Positions 7,149 to 15,868 of a stretch of DNA of 50,477 nt are shown here, piece by piece. Under the pieces are notes generated by a model. That model saw nothing but the letters and a program-made list of their open reading frames with translations, was not told the origin of the DNA and did not search any database. The translations under genes and the position numbers were made by a program. Each line of letters opens with the position of its first letter. Position 1 is the first letter of the stretch. The stretch comes from a virus. Taxonomy: Duplodnaviria; Caudoviricetes. The stretch lies in IMG/VR virus record IMGVR_UViG_3300037458_000621, positions 1 through 50,477 of that record; one strand, given 5' to 3'.

Positions 7149-9124
7149 TGGCAGACTTTCGAGAATTTTCAGCAAATGTTCATGCCCAACTCATGCGTAT
7201 GAACCAGTTCGAGCTGTTTTCAGTCGGCCACGACAACCGCGAGTTCGAACGCGTGTACCTGCAGACCTTCCCAGAAGGCACCAACCCGGTATACAAGACG
7301 AACACTGAGCACGACTGCTCGTGTTGCAAGAATTTCATTCGAAACTTCGGTCGAGTGATCTCAATCCGCAACGGCAAAGTAATGACCGTCTGGGATGTCA
7401 GCGAGAACGTGCCCTACCCGTACAACGTAGTCGCCGAGACCATGGCCGAGTTCGTGCGCTCTCAGCCAATCGTCGGAGTTTTCCGAACGAAGGAAACCCA
7501 GTACGGTGCTGAACAAACCAAGCAATTACTAGAAAATGGCCAAGTACATTGCTGGAGCCACTTCTGGGGTAAAGTTGCCCAAAAATACCGCACGAATACA
7601 CCGGACAAGGCGATTGGCGAATACAACGCCGCCATCCAAGTGTTTCGGCGTGGGCTAACCGAACTTAAGATCAGCGCGCTAACCGAGGTCCAGCAGTTGA
7701 TCAGTGACCATGCGCTGTACCGGGGTGAAGAGCACGCACAGGCTGTAAACGAGTTCGCGCTTGCCCACCTTAAGGCGTCAAAGATGTCCGAGGCTGAGCG
7801 CGAGCTGTACATCTGGGAGAACGCGCTGAAGCCATGGTCTCGGTTCCGAAACACCGTGATCGGCACGCTTGTGATCGACATCAGCGACGGCATGGACATC
7901 GAACAGGCAGTCAAGTCGTTCGAGCAGAAGGTCGCGCCGACGAACTACAAACGTCCGACCGCACTGATCACGCCGAAGATGGTTGAACAAGCGATGGCTA
8001 CAATTAAGGATCTGAAGCTGGAGCACTCGCTCAAACGCCGGTTCGCCCGGCTGTCAGACATCAGCGTGCAGAACGTCCTGTGGGTCAGCAGCACGGCCAA
8101 GACCAAGATGAAGAGCACGATCGAGAACTTGCTGATGACTGAGGCCAAAAAGACGGTGAAGCCCACCACCCCCACGAACCTCAGTATGGATCGGTTCATG
8201 GCCGAGATCGTGCCCAAAGCCAAGACCATGGAAATCATGGTCAAGACTGAGCATAGCTCGAATTTCGTCAGCCTGACTGGGCCTGTTCACCAGGACGAAC
8301 CCCGGCTGTTTAAATGGCCAAATGATTTCGGCTGGTCGTACGACGGTAATATCACGGACTCAATTAAGGAGAAGGTGAAACGGGCTGGCGGCAATGTCCA
8401 AGCCAAACTCCGGTTCTCGCTCGCGTGGTCGAACTTCGATGACTTGGACATCCACGTGCACACGCCCGGGGGTGAGCACGTGTACTTCGGAAACAAAGCC
8501 GGTAAGCTCGACGTGGACATGAACGCTGGCGGCGGAATCACGCGCACCCCGGTCGAAAATGTGTCGTTCGTTCAAGTGCAGGACGGCATATACGAGATCA
8601 AAATCAACCAGTATCACCGGCGCGAGACCATCGATATCGGATTTATGGTCGAGATCGACAGCCAAGGCAAACTCTGGCACCTGAACTATCCGCGTGCGGT
8701 CGAAGGCACGGTTAACGTGGCCAAGGTGCACGTAAAGAACGGACAAGTGATCAATATTGCCCCGGGCAAAAATATTGAGCACAGCGAGCTGTCAATCGAG
8801 AAATGGGGCGTAAAAACCGAAACTTGGACTCCAGTGCAAACGCTGATGTTCAGCCCGAACCATTGGGACGGCCACGCAGTCGGCAATCGTCACTGGATGT
8901 TCATGCTCGAAGGTTGCACGAACCCCGAGCCTACCCGAGGTATCTACAACGAGTTCCTGCGCCCGGAGCTGGAAGTTCACCGTAAAGTGTTCGAAGTCCT
9001 GGGCAACCGAAGCAAGTGCGAGCCCGCGACCGAGCAACTGAGCGGGGTCGGCTTCTCGTCCACCAAGGGCGAGTCCGTGACCATCCGGGTAGATGATGGT
9101 CGTGTATACGAAGTTACCTTCTGA
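7145..9124 (+). CDS. conserved phage protein with YfaP/DUF2135-like domain
   Basis: 659-aa ORF; HDCSCC motif; LAWSNFDDLDIHV...LDVD...PVENV resembles the YfaP/DUF2135 signature. Confidence 0.7.
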   Translation: MMADFREFSANVHAQLMRMNQFELFSVGHDNREFERVYLQTFPEGTNPVYKTNTEHDCSCCKNFIRNFGRVISIRNGKVMTVWDVSENVPYPYNVVAETMAEFVRSQPIVGVFRTKETQYGAEQTKQLLENGQVHCWSHFWGKVAQKYRTNTPDKAIGEYNAAIQVFRRGLTELKISALTEVQQLISDHALYRGEEHAQAVNEFALAHLKASKMSEAERELYIWENALKPWSRFRNTVIGTLVIDISDGMDIEQAVKSFEQKVAPTNYKRPTALITPKMVEQAMATIKDLKLEHSLKRRFARLSDISVQNVLWVSSTAKTKMKSTIENLLMTEAKKTVKPTTPTNLSMDRFMAEIVPKAKTMEIMVKTEHSSNFVSLTGPVHQDEPRLFKWPNDFGWSYDGNITDSIKEKVKRAGGNVQAKLRFSLAWSNFDDLDIHVHTPGGEHVYFGNKAGKLDVDMNAGGGITRTPVENVSFVQVQDGIYEIKINQYHRRETIDIGFMVEIDSQGKLWHLNYPRAVEGTVNVAKVHVKNGQVINIAPGKNIEHSELSIEKWGVKTETWTPVQTLMFSPNHWDGHAVGNRHWMFMLEGCTNPEPTRGIYNEFLRPELEVHRKVFEVLGNRSKCEPATEQLSGVGFSSTKGESVTIRVDDGRVYEVTF

Positions 9125-9133
9125 GGAAAAATC

Positions 9134-9538
9134 ATGGAAAACTTGTTTATCCGCGCCTCTCGCGAAGCTTTCCGTTTTCAGTCTGTTCGGGGCGAGCTAA
9201 CGACCGAGCAACTGTGGGAGCTACCGCTCCAGCACAAGTCCGGGTTCGATCTCGACAGCGTAGCCAAGACTGTGAACAACGACCTGAAGACCATGGCCGA
9301 AGGCTCGTTCGTGAACACAAACAAGAACCCAGCGATCGACCGTCAAGAAGCTAAGTTGGAGGTCGTGAAGTACGTGATCTCGGTCAAGCTGCTTGAGGCC
9401 GAGCAGACCAAACTCAAAGCCGAAGCCGCAGCCAAGCGCCAGAAGCTGCTTGCCATCCTGGACAAAAAGCAGGACGCCGAGCTGGAAAACTTAACGCCGG
9501 AGCAAATTCAAGCTCAGCTTGCTGCTTTGAAGGAATAA
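9134..9538 (+). CDS. conserved phage hypothetical protein (C-terminal coiled coil)
   Basis: SD GAGG; 134 aa; G-x-L-T-x-E-Q-L-W-x-L-P-L motif. Confidence 0.8.
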   Translation: MENLFIRASREAFRFQSVRGELTTEQLWELPLQHKSGFDLDSVAKTVNNDLKTMAEGSFVNTNKNPAIDRQEAKLEVVKYVISVKLLEAEQTKLKAEAAAKRQKLLAILDKKQDAELENLTPEQIQAQLAALKE

Positions 9539-9539
9539 G

Positions 9540-10070
9540 ATGGCAGCACATAACGACTTGAGCATCAAAATTGCTGAATATGTGCGCGAACATCCAGGAT
9601 GCAAAAGTGCAGAAATTTGGACCGCGCTCACCGAAGGTAGGCGCTGTTATTCGTCACTCGCATATGCACAACAACTGAATCTTGTTTTTGCTGCTGGTCC
9701 CCCAAAATGCGCAGCATATTATCCTGATCAGTTCTCTGCAATGGAGAACGATGATCGACTCATCAGAGAACATAAGGCTACAGTAGAAGCAAATAAGAAA
9801 GCAAAGAAAGCTCGTGCACGACAAAAACGAAAACAAAAACTCAAGGCGGCGCAAATAAATCCTATGAAGGTTGAAGCAAAACCAGCACCAAAATTAATTT
9901 TACACTCTGAAATATCCTCGGAGTGCAAAATTACTCGTGCTGAACCTTTTGTTGATCGTCGATATGCGCCTGATCCAGGATGGCAAGGACAGATCACAGC
10001 AGATTGGCACGAACGACGTTTGAAGGAACAACATGGACTTTCGACCTTTTCCCAAGATCGCACGTCTTAA
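9540..10070 (+). CDS. hypothetical protein, possible N-terminal winged helix
   Basis: IAEYVREHPGCKSAEIWTAL is wHTH-like; Lys/Arg-rich linker. Confidence 0.6.
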   Translation: MAAHNDLSIKIAEYVREHPGCKSAEIWTALTEGRRCYSSLAYAQQLNLVFAAGPPKCAAYYPDQFSAMENDDRLIREHKATVEANKKAKKARARQKRKQKLKAAQINPMKVEAKPAPKLILHSEISSECKITRAEPFVDRRYAPDPGWQGQITADWHERRLKEQHGLSTFSQDRTS

Positions 10071-10569
10071 TCGCGAGATCATCATTACTGAAAAAATCGA
10101 CGGTACGAATGGGCAGATAGCAATTGCTGAAGACGGCGTCACCATGTTCGTTGGCTCACGGACACGATGGATTACACCAGAAAACGATAATTTTGGTTTT
10201 GCCGCCTGGGCTAAAGCTCATTACGATGAATTGTTAACTCTTGGACCTGGACGCCATTTTGGTGAATGGTGGGGCGCTGGTATTCAGAGAGGATACGGCC
10301 TTAAAGAAAGACGTTGGAGTTTGTTCAACACACAACGTTGGACAAACTCAGAAACGCTCCCGTCTTGTTGCCGAGTAGTGCCAATCTTGTATCAAGGAAT
10401 ATTTGACCCTATAGCACTTCAACGTGCATTAACTAGATTACGAGAATACGGAAGTGCTGCAGCTCCTGGGTTTATAAACCCAGAAGGTATGATGGTATTT
10501 CATACCGCTGGCAATATCGAGTTCAAAGTTACTCTTGATAAGGACGATGTACCAAAAGGTAAGGCATGA
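10033..10569 (+). CDS. RNA ligase (Rnl2-like nucleotidyltransferase domain)
   Basis: Motif I TEKIDGTN, motif III FGEWWG, motif IV EGMMV, motif V FK. Confidence 0.8.
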   Translation: MDFRPFPKIARLNREIIITEKIDGTNGQIAIAEDGVTMFVGSRTRWITPENDNFGFAAWAKAHYDELLTLGPGRHFGEWWGAGIQRGYGLKERRWSLFNTQRWTNSETLPSCCRVVPILYQGIFDPIALQRALTRLREYGSAAAPGFINPEGMMVFHTAGNIEFKVTLDKDDVPKGKA

Positions 10570-10853
10570 TCGTCACCTACGACAAAAACGGACGGGTGAT
10601 CTCGCGCTGCAAGAACCTGCGGTATGCCCTAAACCGGGCACGCCGCGTGCCTGTTACCCGCGTGGTCATCACCCTGGTAGAACCGAGCATGGACGACATG
10701 TGGGACGTGCCAAAGGCCAATGTACAGATCTCGTGGCACGACGGTGCCTACATGCGAGCCAACATCGCATCATTCGAAATCGTTACGGCCTTATTCGAAG
10801 GCAAAGCCCGCAACGACCCACGCCGTTGGCCGAAGCCGGTCTTCAACTACTGA
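10566..10853 (+). CDS. hypothetical protein
   Basis: ATGA overlap; 95 aa. Confidence 0.65.
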   Translation: MIVTYDKNGRVISRCKNLRYALNRARRVPVTRVVITLVEPSMDDMWDVPKANVQISWHDGAYMRANIASFEIVTALFEGKARNDPRRWPKPVFNY

Positions 10854-10866
10854 CAAGGAGCCCGAC

Positions 10867-11196
10867 ATGAGCTTCATGGAACCCGAGATCACCGAACGCG
10901 ACAGGCACTGGGAGGTCGAAACAGACTCGGGCACCTGGTACGTGCCTGGGTATGTGGTCGAGGTGCCCGACTGGATCGAGTCAGGGGGTCGGATCGTCGA
11001 GCCCTGGCTCAGCAACTTCGAGAAAGATCTGAAGGACTTCATCGAGCCCCGCTGGGCAAACGTGAAGTACTTGCATATCGTCGTCGGCTACTGCGGGCGC
11101 ATGCAGGCGCCCGGTTACCTCGACTCCACTGAGTGGCTGTTCGACCGCACGAAGAAGGGCATCCGTCAGCAGCTCGACAACCTTTTCGGGGACTGA
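10867..11196 (+). CDS. hypothetical acidic protein
   Basis: SD AAGGAG, ATG 10867; GRMQAPGYLDSTEW. Confidence 0.7.
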   Translation: MSFMEPEITERDRHWEVETDSGTWYVPGYVVEVPDWIESGGRIVEPWLSNFEKDLKDFIEPRWANVKYLHIVVGYCGRMQAPGYLDSTEWLFDRTKKGIRQQLDNLFGD

Positions 11197-11461
11197 ACAT
11201 GACAAAGCGAATGCAGGAAGAATTTAGACGCCAGTGCTTGATAGCAGCCGCAGCAAGCGAGTTCTACTCCCACGCTTTGTTCATTTGCATGATCCGCTAT
11301 TCGAACAATAGAAGCACGCGCATAAGTATATTCGGCGGTGCTGTCAGTTATGCACACATGGACCTGTTGCAGAAAAACAGCAGCGCACGATGTCGTGTAC
11401 TTGCAGCTTATCGCCACGGAAAACGATTACAGCTCGACAACCTCTCCGGAGACTGGACATG
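11170..11461 (+). repeat. 32-bp imperfect direct repeats flanking one gene
   Basis: 11170-11201 vs 11430-11461, 28/32 identical. Confidence 0.8.
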
Positions 11462-11555
11462 GACATCAAGATCAACGGCGAAAGCTTGTCCTACACGGAC
11501 ATTGTCATCGAAAACACCAACGGCGACGTTGTGTTCAATGGTGATCTCCACTTAA
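11199..11555 (+). CDS. hypothetical protein with probable run-on C-terminus
   Basis: ATG 11199; the repeat copy has TGG where the other copy has TGA, so the ORF overlaps the next gene by 97 nt. Confidence 0.45.
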   Translation: MTKRMQEEFRRQCLIAAAASEFYSHALFICMIRYSNNRSTRISIFGGAVSYAHMDLLQKNSSARCRVLAAYRHGKRLQLDNLSGDWTWTSRSTAKACPTRTLSSKTPTATLCSMVIST

Positions 11556-11683
11556 GACCGGATTGGTGGGTATTACGAGATATCACAAACACCATTCTCG
11601 GCCGTTGGAGCAGTAAGCGGTCGCACTTGAGCGCGCTCATCGAAGCACTTCGCGTCGTCGACCGCAGTCTCAAGAAGGACTGA
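11459..11683 (+). CDS. hypothetical protein
   Basis: SD GGAG, ATG 11459. Confidence 0.65.
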   Translation: MDIKINGESLSYTDIVIENTNGDVVFNGDLHLRPDWWVLRDITNTILGRWSSKRSHLSALIEALRVVDRSLKKD

Positions 11684-11685
11684 GC

Positions 11686-12084
11686 ATGAACGAATTCCTC
11701 AACATCGCCGACATCCGCGCACGTCTTGCCGCGCTCGACGCATGGATGACCTCGCAGAAGCGTAACTGGTACGAACCAGCAGAGCTTCCGGCGGAACTCA
11801 ATCCACCAACGAACGAAGAAATTGCCGAGGTCGAGATCCATGACTGGTTGGCGAACCCTCCCGTCCGCTACTTCGCCTATGTGAATGAAGTGGGTATCGG
11901 CCAGCTCATCACCAACTGGACCGGCCGACAGCTCGGTCACATTACTTGGTGCGGATCTAAATGGCGTAGCAATTTTGGCGACCGACGCGTGAACTTCCGC
12001 ATGGTCGGCACGAACGGAGTGAATTACGCCGGCACAGCCTATCCCGACAGCGGCACCTACTGCCGCCTGCGGGCCGTTAAGTAA
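11686..12084 (+). CDS. hypothetical protein
   Basis: 132-aa ORF, SD AAGGA. Confidence 0.75.
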   Translation: MNEFLNIADIRARLAALDAWMTSQKRNWYEPAELPAELNPPTNEEIAEVEIHDWLANPPVRYFAYVNEVGIGQLITNWTGRQLGHITWCGSKWRSNFGDRRVNFRMVGTNGVNYAGTAYPDSGTYCRLRAVK

Positions 12085-12092
12085 AGGCTCAC

Positions 12093-12302
12093 ATGTCTTA
12101 CCGCATCTTCAAGCGCAAGCCCTACAGGCGCACTGGCTGGGGCTACGCCTCAGACCCACACGCCCGCTGCACCACGATTCGCCGCGGCGTCGCGACGGAA
12201 GATGAAGCCCGCGAGATCTGTTCCCACGGCCCGGCCAACGTGGCCCTTAAGGAAGGCCGCGAGTACCGGCATCTTTCGTTCTACGAGTTCACCCGGGAGT
12301 GA
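12093..12302 (+). CDS. hypothetical protein
   Basis: Fits the contiguous + strand gene chain. Confidence 0.65.
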   Translation: MSYRIFKRKPYRRTGWGYASDPHARCTTIRRGVATEDEAREICSHGPANVALKEGREYRHLSFYEFTRE

Positions 12303-12553
12303 CCATGCCCATCCGCACCTACACCCTGATCCTGACCCTCGCCGGCCCCGAGCAGCCCCCGACACCCACCGCTGTGGCCGCCCGGCTGATCGGCGCCCTG
12401 GACTTCGCGTCCTCCCGCGGGGGCCCCTTCCACGCCAGCCGCTGGGCCAACGTCTGGATCGACGCCACCGAGGGCGACCGCACGCAGGCCCGCGGCGACG
12501 CCCTTTTTGCAGGCGCCAAGGACCTGCACGAACGGCTCCGCGAGACCGTATAA
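12299..12553 (+). CDS. hypothetical protein (start 12299 or 12305)
   Basis: GTGA overlap; SD GGAG. Confidence 0.6.
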   Translation: MTMPIRTYTLILTLAGPEQPPTPTAVAARLIGALDFASSRGGPFHASRWANVWIDATEGDRTQARGDALFAGAKDLHERLRETV

Positions 12554-12562
12554 GGGACCGCC

Positions 12563-12793
12563 ATGGTCCGCTTCACCTTCGCCAGCACCCGGCCGACCGC
12601 GGCTCTTCGAGTGCGCGTCGACTCGGTCGTCCACTACGTGGACCTCGTCCCCGCCGGCACGAAGGCCGACATCGTGTTCGAGGAGTTCACCGACCGGGGG
12701 CGCACCAGCCTCCGGCCGTACGTGATCGGCCCGAATCGGCAGTACAAGACCCTCGCCGCGGCCGTGGCCGCACTCATCAAGGAACGCACATGA
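12563..12793 (+). CDS. hypothetical protein
   Basis: SD AAGGGA; stop overlaps the next ATG. Confidence 0.65.
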   Translation: MVRFTFASTRPTAALRVRVDSVVHYVDLVPAGTKADIVFEEFTDRGRTSLRPYVIGPNRQYKTLAAAVAALIKERT

Positions 12794-13275
12794 AGGTCAA
12801 GACCCAAGACCTGATCGGCTCGGCCCTGGACTTGGCTGTTGCCAAGGCATTGGGCTATGCCGTCGGCGTTTATACGTACGAAGACTGGACGGCGAACATG
12901 ACGCCGCTGGAGCAAGAGCTTGTCAGGCAGATTGACGCAGTACAGAGAAACTTCAAACCAAAGCCCGCGTTTGTCGGAGAGGACGGCACGAAACACCTTG
13001 TCAGCATGAAGTTTTACGCTGCACACGGATCCGGCTGCGGAACCATGCAGTTTTCGTCTAGCTGGTCTCAAGCCGGGGGCGTCATTGAACGCGAGCACAT
13101 CTGCCTCGACAAGTTCGACAACTACAACTTCATCGCCTTTCAACGTGAAAGCACATGTCCTACTACTGGACGCACTTTCATCACGGTCGGGCCCACCCAA
13201 CTTGTTGCCGCTATGCGTTGCTTCGTCGCTAGCAAGCTCGGCGACGAGGTCGACATCCCGGAGGAACTGATATGA
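12790..13275 (+). CDS. DUF2591/NinX-family phage protein
   Basis: LIGSALDLAVAKALG...SSSWSQAGGVIERE...GPTQLVAAMRCFVASKLGDEVDIPEEL; true start is ATG 12790. Confidence 0.8.
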   Translation: MKVKTQDLIGSALDLAVAKALGYAVGVYTYEDWTANMTPLEQELVRQIDAVQRNFKPKPAFVGEDGTKHLVSMKFYAAHGSGCGTMQFSSSWSQAGGVIEREHICLDKFDNYNFIAFQRESTCPTTGRTFITVGPTQLVAAMRCFVASKLGDEVDIPEELI

Positions 13276-13481
13276 ACATGCGTGCTCTCTTCTTCATCAC
13301 CGTCCACGACGCCCACGCCCGTCGGTGGCGCTGCTTCCTCGTCAGCACGCCGGACGGCCCGCACGACCGCCACGGCGCCGTGCTCGCTGCGTTCGAACGC
13401 GAGCACGAGCCCCTCAGCGGGCGCAAGATACACGCTGAATTCATTTGTTTGACGCCTGAGGATGTCTGGAAGGAGGTTTGA
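13272..13481 (+). CDS. hypothetical protein
   Basis: SD GGAGG, ATGA overlap. Confidence 0.6.
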   Translation: MNMRALFFITVHDAHARRWRCFLVSTPDGPHDRHGAVLAAFEREHEPLSGRKIHAEFICLTPEDVWKEV

Positions 13482-13482
13482 G

Positions 13483-13707
13483 ATGACTGAGCGTGCAAAA
13501 CGAGCAATAGCTAAGTTAGTAGAGCTTGGTTGGAATTGTTCTGACTACAGCACAAAGATTTGTAAAAGCTGTCGTTATGAACTTCAAAATAATTGGAATT
13601 ATTGCCCAGCATGCGCAACGCCAGCACCTCCGATTAGTACAACCGAACAAGATATGGAAGCCGCAATAGCAACAGCTCTAGGAGAAACCAAAAATGAAGC
13701 CATCTGA
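13483..13707 (+). CDS. zinc-ribbon protein
   Basis: SD AGGAGG; CKSC...CPAC. Confidence 0.65.
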   Translation: MTERAKRAIAKLVELGWNCSDYSTKICKSCRYELQNNWNYCPACATPAPPISTTEQDMEAAIATALGETKNEAI

Positions 13708-14698
13708 ACTTAAAATTGCTCTTCACGGTCTTCTCAATGCCAAGCTTACACCATTTATTTGGGGTTCACCTGGCATTGGCAAATCCGATATCGTTGCCCA
13801 GGTCGCTGCTGAGCGCAGCACTAAGGCCAAGCCCTATGAGCTGCGCGACGTTCGACTGGGATTGATGGATCCAACAGACATCAAGGGATTTCCCAATCCG
13901 GATGCCAAAAACAATGTCATGCGCTGGCTGCCGCCCGACTTTCTGCCCACCAAAGGTCAAGGTTTGCTCTTTCTCGATGAGATGAATACTGCGCCTGGTG
14001 CTGTACAAGTTGCAGGTTATCAACTTATATTGAATCGTAGAGTAGGTAATTATGAACTGCCGCCTGGATGGGATATTGCGGCTGCAGGCAATAACGAGAC
14101 GGATCGTGCTGTCACACATCGCATGAGCACTGCTCTAGCCAGTCGTATGGAGCATCTTACCCTCGACGTAGATGTCGAAGAATGGTGTGCGCATGCTGCT
14201 GACTGTGGTATTCACGAACATCGAATTGCATTCATCCGTTTTCGTAGTCAACTTTTGCACATGTTCGACCCGAACACCAAAACTCATGCATTTCCGTGCC
14301 CTCGTACATGGTTCTTCGCCGACCGTATTTGCCGTCAAAACATGCCACGACATATCGAGCGCATGGTATTGGCCGGCACTATCGGCGAAGGTGCAGCTAC
14401 AGAGTACACCGCATTTATCCAGGTGATTCGTGAACTGCCGACTATCGACGAGATCAAAATTGATCCGATCAAAGCCACGCTTCCTAAGACACCAGCAGCG
14501 CAGCATGCTATCAGCACTACGCTGAGCATAGCTACTAAGGATGAAAGCGGCTATGAGACATTCATGAAGTACATGGAACGTCTGCCACGCGAATTTCAAG
14601 TGGTTTATGTTCGCGACTGTCTTCGTACTAAGAACGATCTGAAATACACTCCAACATTCAAGGACTGGAGTCTGAAGAATGCGGATGTGCTGCTATGA
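13694..14698 (+). CDS. AAA+ ATPase (MoxR/AAA_5-like)
   Basis: Walker A GSPGIGKS, Walker B LLFLDE, sensor AAGN, ALASR arginine finger. Confidence 0.85.
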   Translation: MKPSELKIALHGLLNAKLTPFIWGSPGIGKSDIVAQVAAERSTKAKPYELRDVRLGLMDPTDIKGFPNPDAKNNVMRWLPPDFLPTKGQGLLFLDEMNTAPGAVQVAGYQLILNRRVGNYELPPGWDIAAAGNNETDRAVTHRMSTALASRMEHLTLDVDVEEWCAHAADCGIHEHRIAFIRFRSQLLHMFDPNTKTHAFPCPRTWFFADRICRQNMPRHIERMVLAGTIGEGAATEYTAFIQVIRELPTIDEIKIDPIKATLPKTPAAQHAISTTLSIATKDESGYETFMKYMERLPREFQVVYVRDCLRTKNDLKYTPTFKDWSLKNADVLL

Positions 14699-15036
14699 AG
14701 CACATCATAGAACGAATGAAGCAGATTTTAGAGACAGAACAAGGATGGTCGAAAATACTGCCTCTTGTCATTCACGACGAAATAATTTTTTCTGAGTTAA
14801 CTGCAGAAGATGATCGACAAGTTGTGCATGATCACAATTACTTTTTTGGCTCTGCTCTTCAACATCATAAGCACCCTGATGCCAAGAAGTATCACGCAAT
14901 GAGTCAACGAAGTAAAACTGTTTATCGCAAGTATTTTGAACGTCATCTCAAGCCATCGCAAAAACATAAACTTCGTGATAAGGAAATTTTTGAAACTTAT
15001 CAGAAGCTTGTCAATGCTGCTTCTTTAGGAGGTTGA
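14695..15036 (+). CDS. hypothetical protein (AT-rich)
   Basis: ATGA overlap; 113 aa. Confidence 0.6.
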   Translation: MKHIIERMKQILETEQGWSKILPLVIHDEIIFSELTAEDDRQVVHDHNYFFGSALQHHKHPDAKKYHAMSQRSKTVYRKYFERHLKPSQKHKLRDKEIFETYQKLVNAASLGG

Positions 15037-15037
15037 G

Positions 15038-15868
15038 GTGTCTAGCTCTATCACTGATTATGCAATGCTGGCTGCATTGAATATTCGACAGTGGTCAGCT
15101 CGCAAACTTGATCGCTCAGTTACGGCTGAAGTCGATAAGAATCATGGCGCTAAGGATGGCGGACGATATAACAAGCTCTTGATCGACAAAGCTGCGCTCG
15201 ATCCTATCGAGCAAGTCGCCGGTGCAGCTCGACAGTATCACTACAAGGTGACGCTGCCCTGGGGTATCAATGGGGAGTGGTTGCTTCCAGCTTCACTATT
15301 CATGGACTATTCAACCAAGATGGGCGAATATCGAAACAGCTTTGAAAATGCTGTAGCTGTACTCATTGCAGCGTATCCGATGCACGTTCAGGCAGCACGT
15401 CAGCGGCTTGGTACGATGTACAACGCAACCGAATACCCAGCAAACATCAAGGACCGTTTCGAGTTCAAAGTTGACTTCAGCCCTGTACCGACGGCTAATG
15501 ATTTTCGTGTCAAGCTGTCAGAAGATCATCTCGCCGCAATCAGACACGATATCACAGTTCGCATCGAAGAGCGGCAAAATCAAGCCATACGCGAAGTTTT
15601 CGACCGCGCTCGTAAGATCATCAGTAAAATTCACGAACAAACTGTCGATGTTGATCGCAAGATCTATGACTCAACTATCGACAATGCTCGCGAATTTATC
15701 AAGTTGCTGCCAGCACTAAATCTTACCAACGATTCAACGCTATGTCAGATTGAAGCAGACATGCGTGAGCTTCTAGTGCCAGTTGAAGATCTGCGCAAGA
15801 ACAAACGCGTACGTGCAGATACTGCCAAGGCAGCAAATGCAATTCTGACGAGGTTGCCATGGGCGTAA
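15038..15868 (+). CDS. conserved phage hypothetical protein associated with AAA/VWA cluster
   Basis: SD AGGAGG, GTG start, 276 aa, predicted helical. Confidence 0.75.
   Translation: MSSSITDYAMLAALNIRQWSARKLDRSVTAEVDKNHGAKDGGRYNKLLIDKAALDPIEQVAGAARQYHYKVTLPWGINGEWLLPASLFMDYSTKMGEYRNSFENAVAVLIAAYPMHVQAARQRLGTMYNATEYPANIKDRFEFKVDFSPVPTANDFRVKLSEDHLAAIRHDITVRIEERQNQAIREVFDRARKIISKIHEQTVDVDRKIYDSTIDNAREFIKLLPALNLTNDSTLCQIEADMRELLVPVEDLRKNKRVRADTAKAANAILTRLPWA

Noticed and set aside
12202-12789. N-terminal 196 aa of the 357-aa ORF 12202-13275
   Set aside because: Arg/Pro-rich off-frame read across three better genes; the DUF2591 protein starts at ATG 12790 with an SD and ATGA overlap
14755-14800. 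LVIHDEIIF resembling PolA motif C in the 113-aa ORF
   Set aside because: A single short motif with no other polymerase features; likely chance or a small remnant
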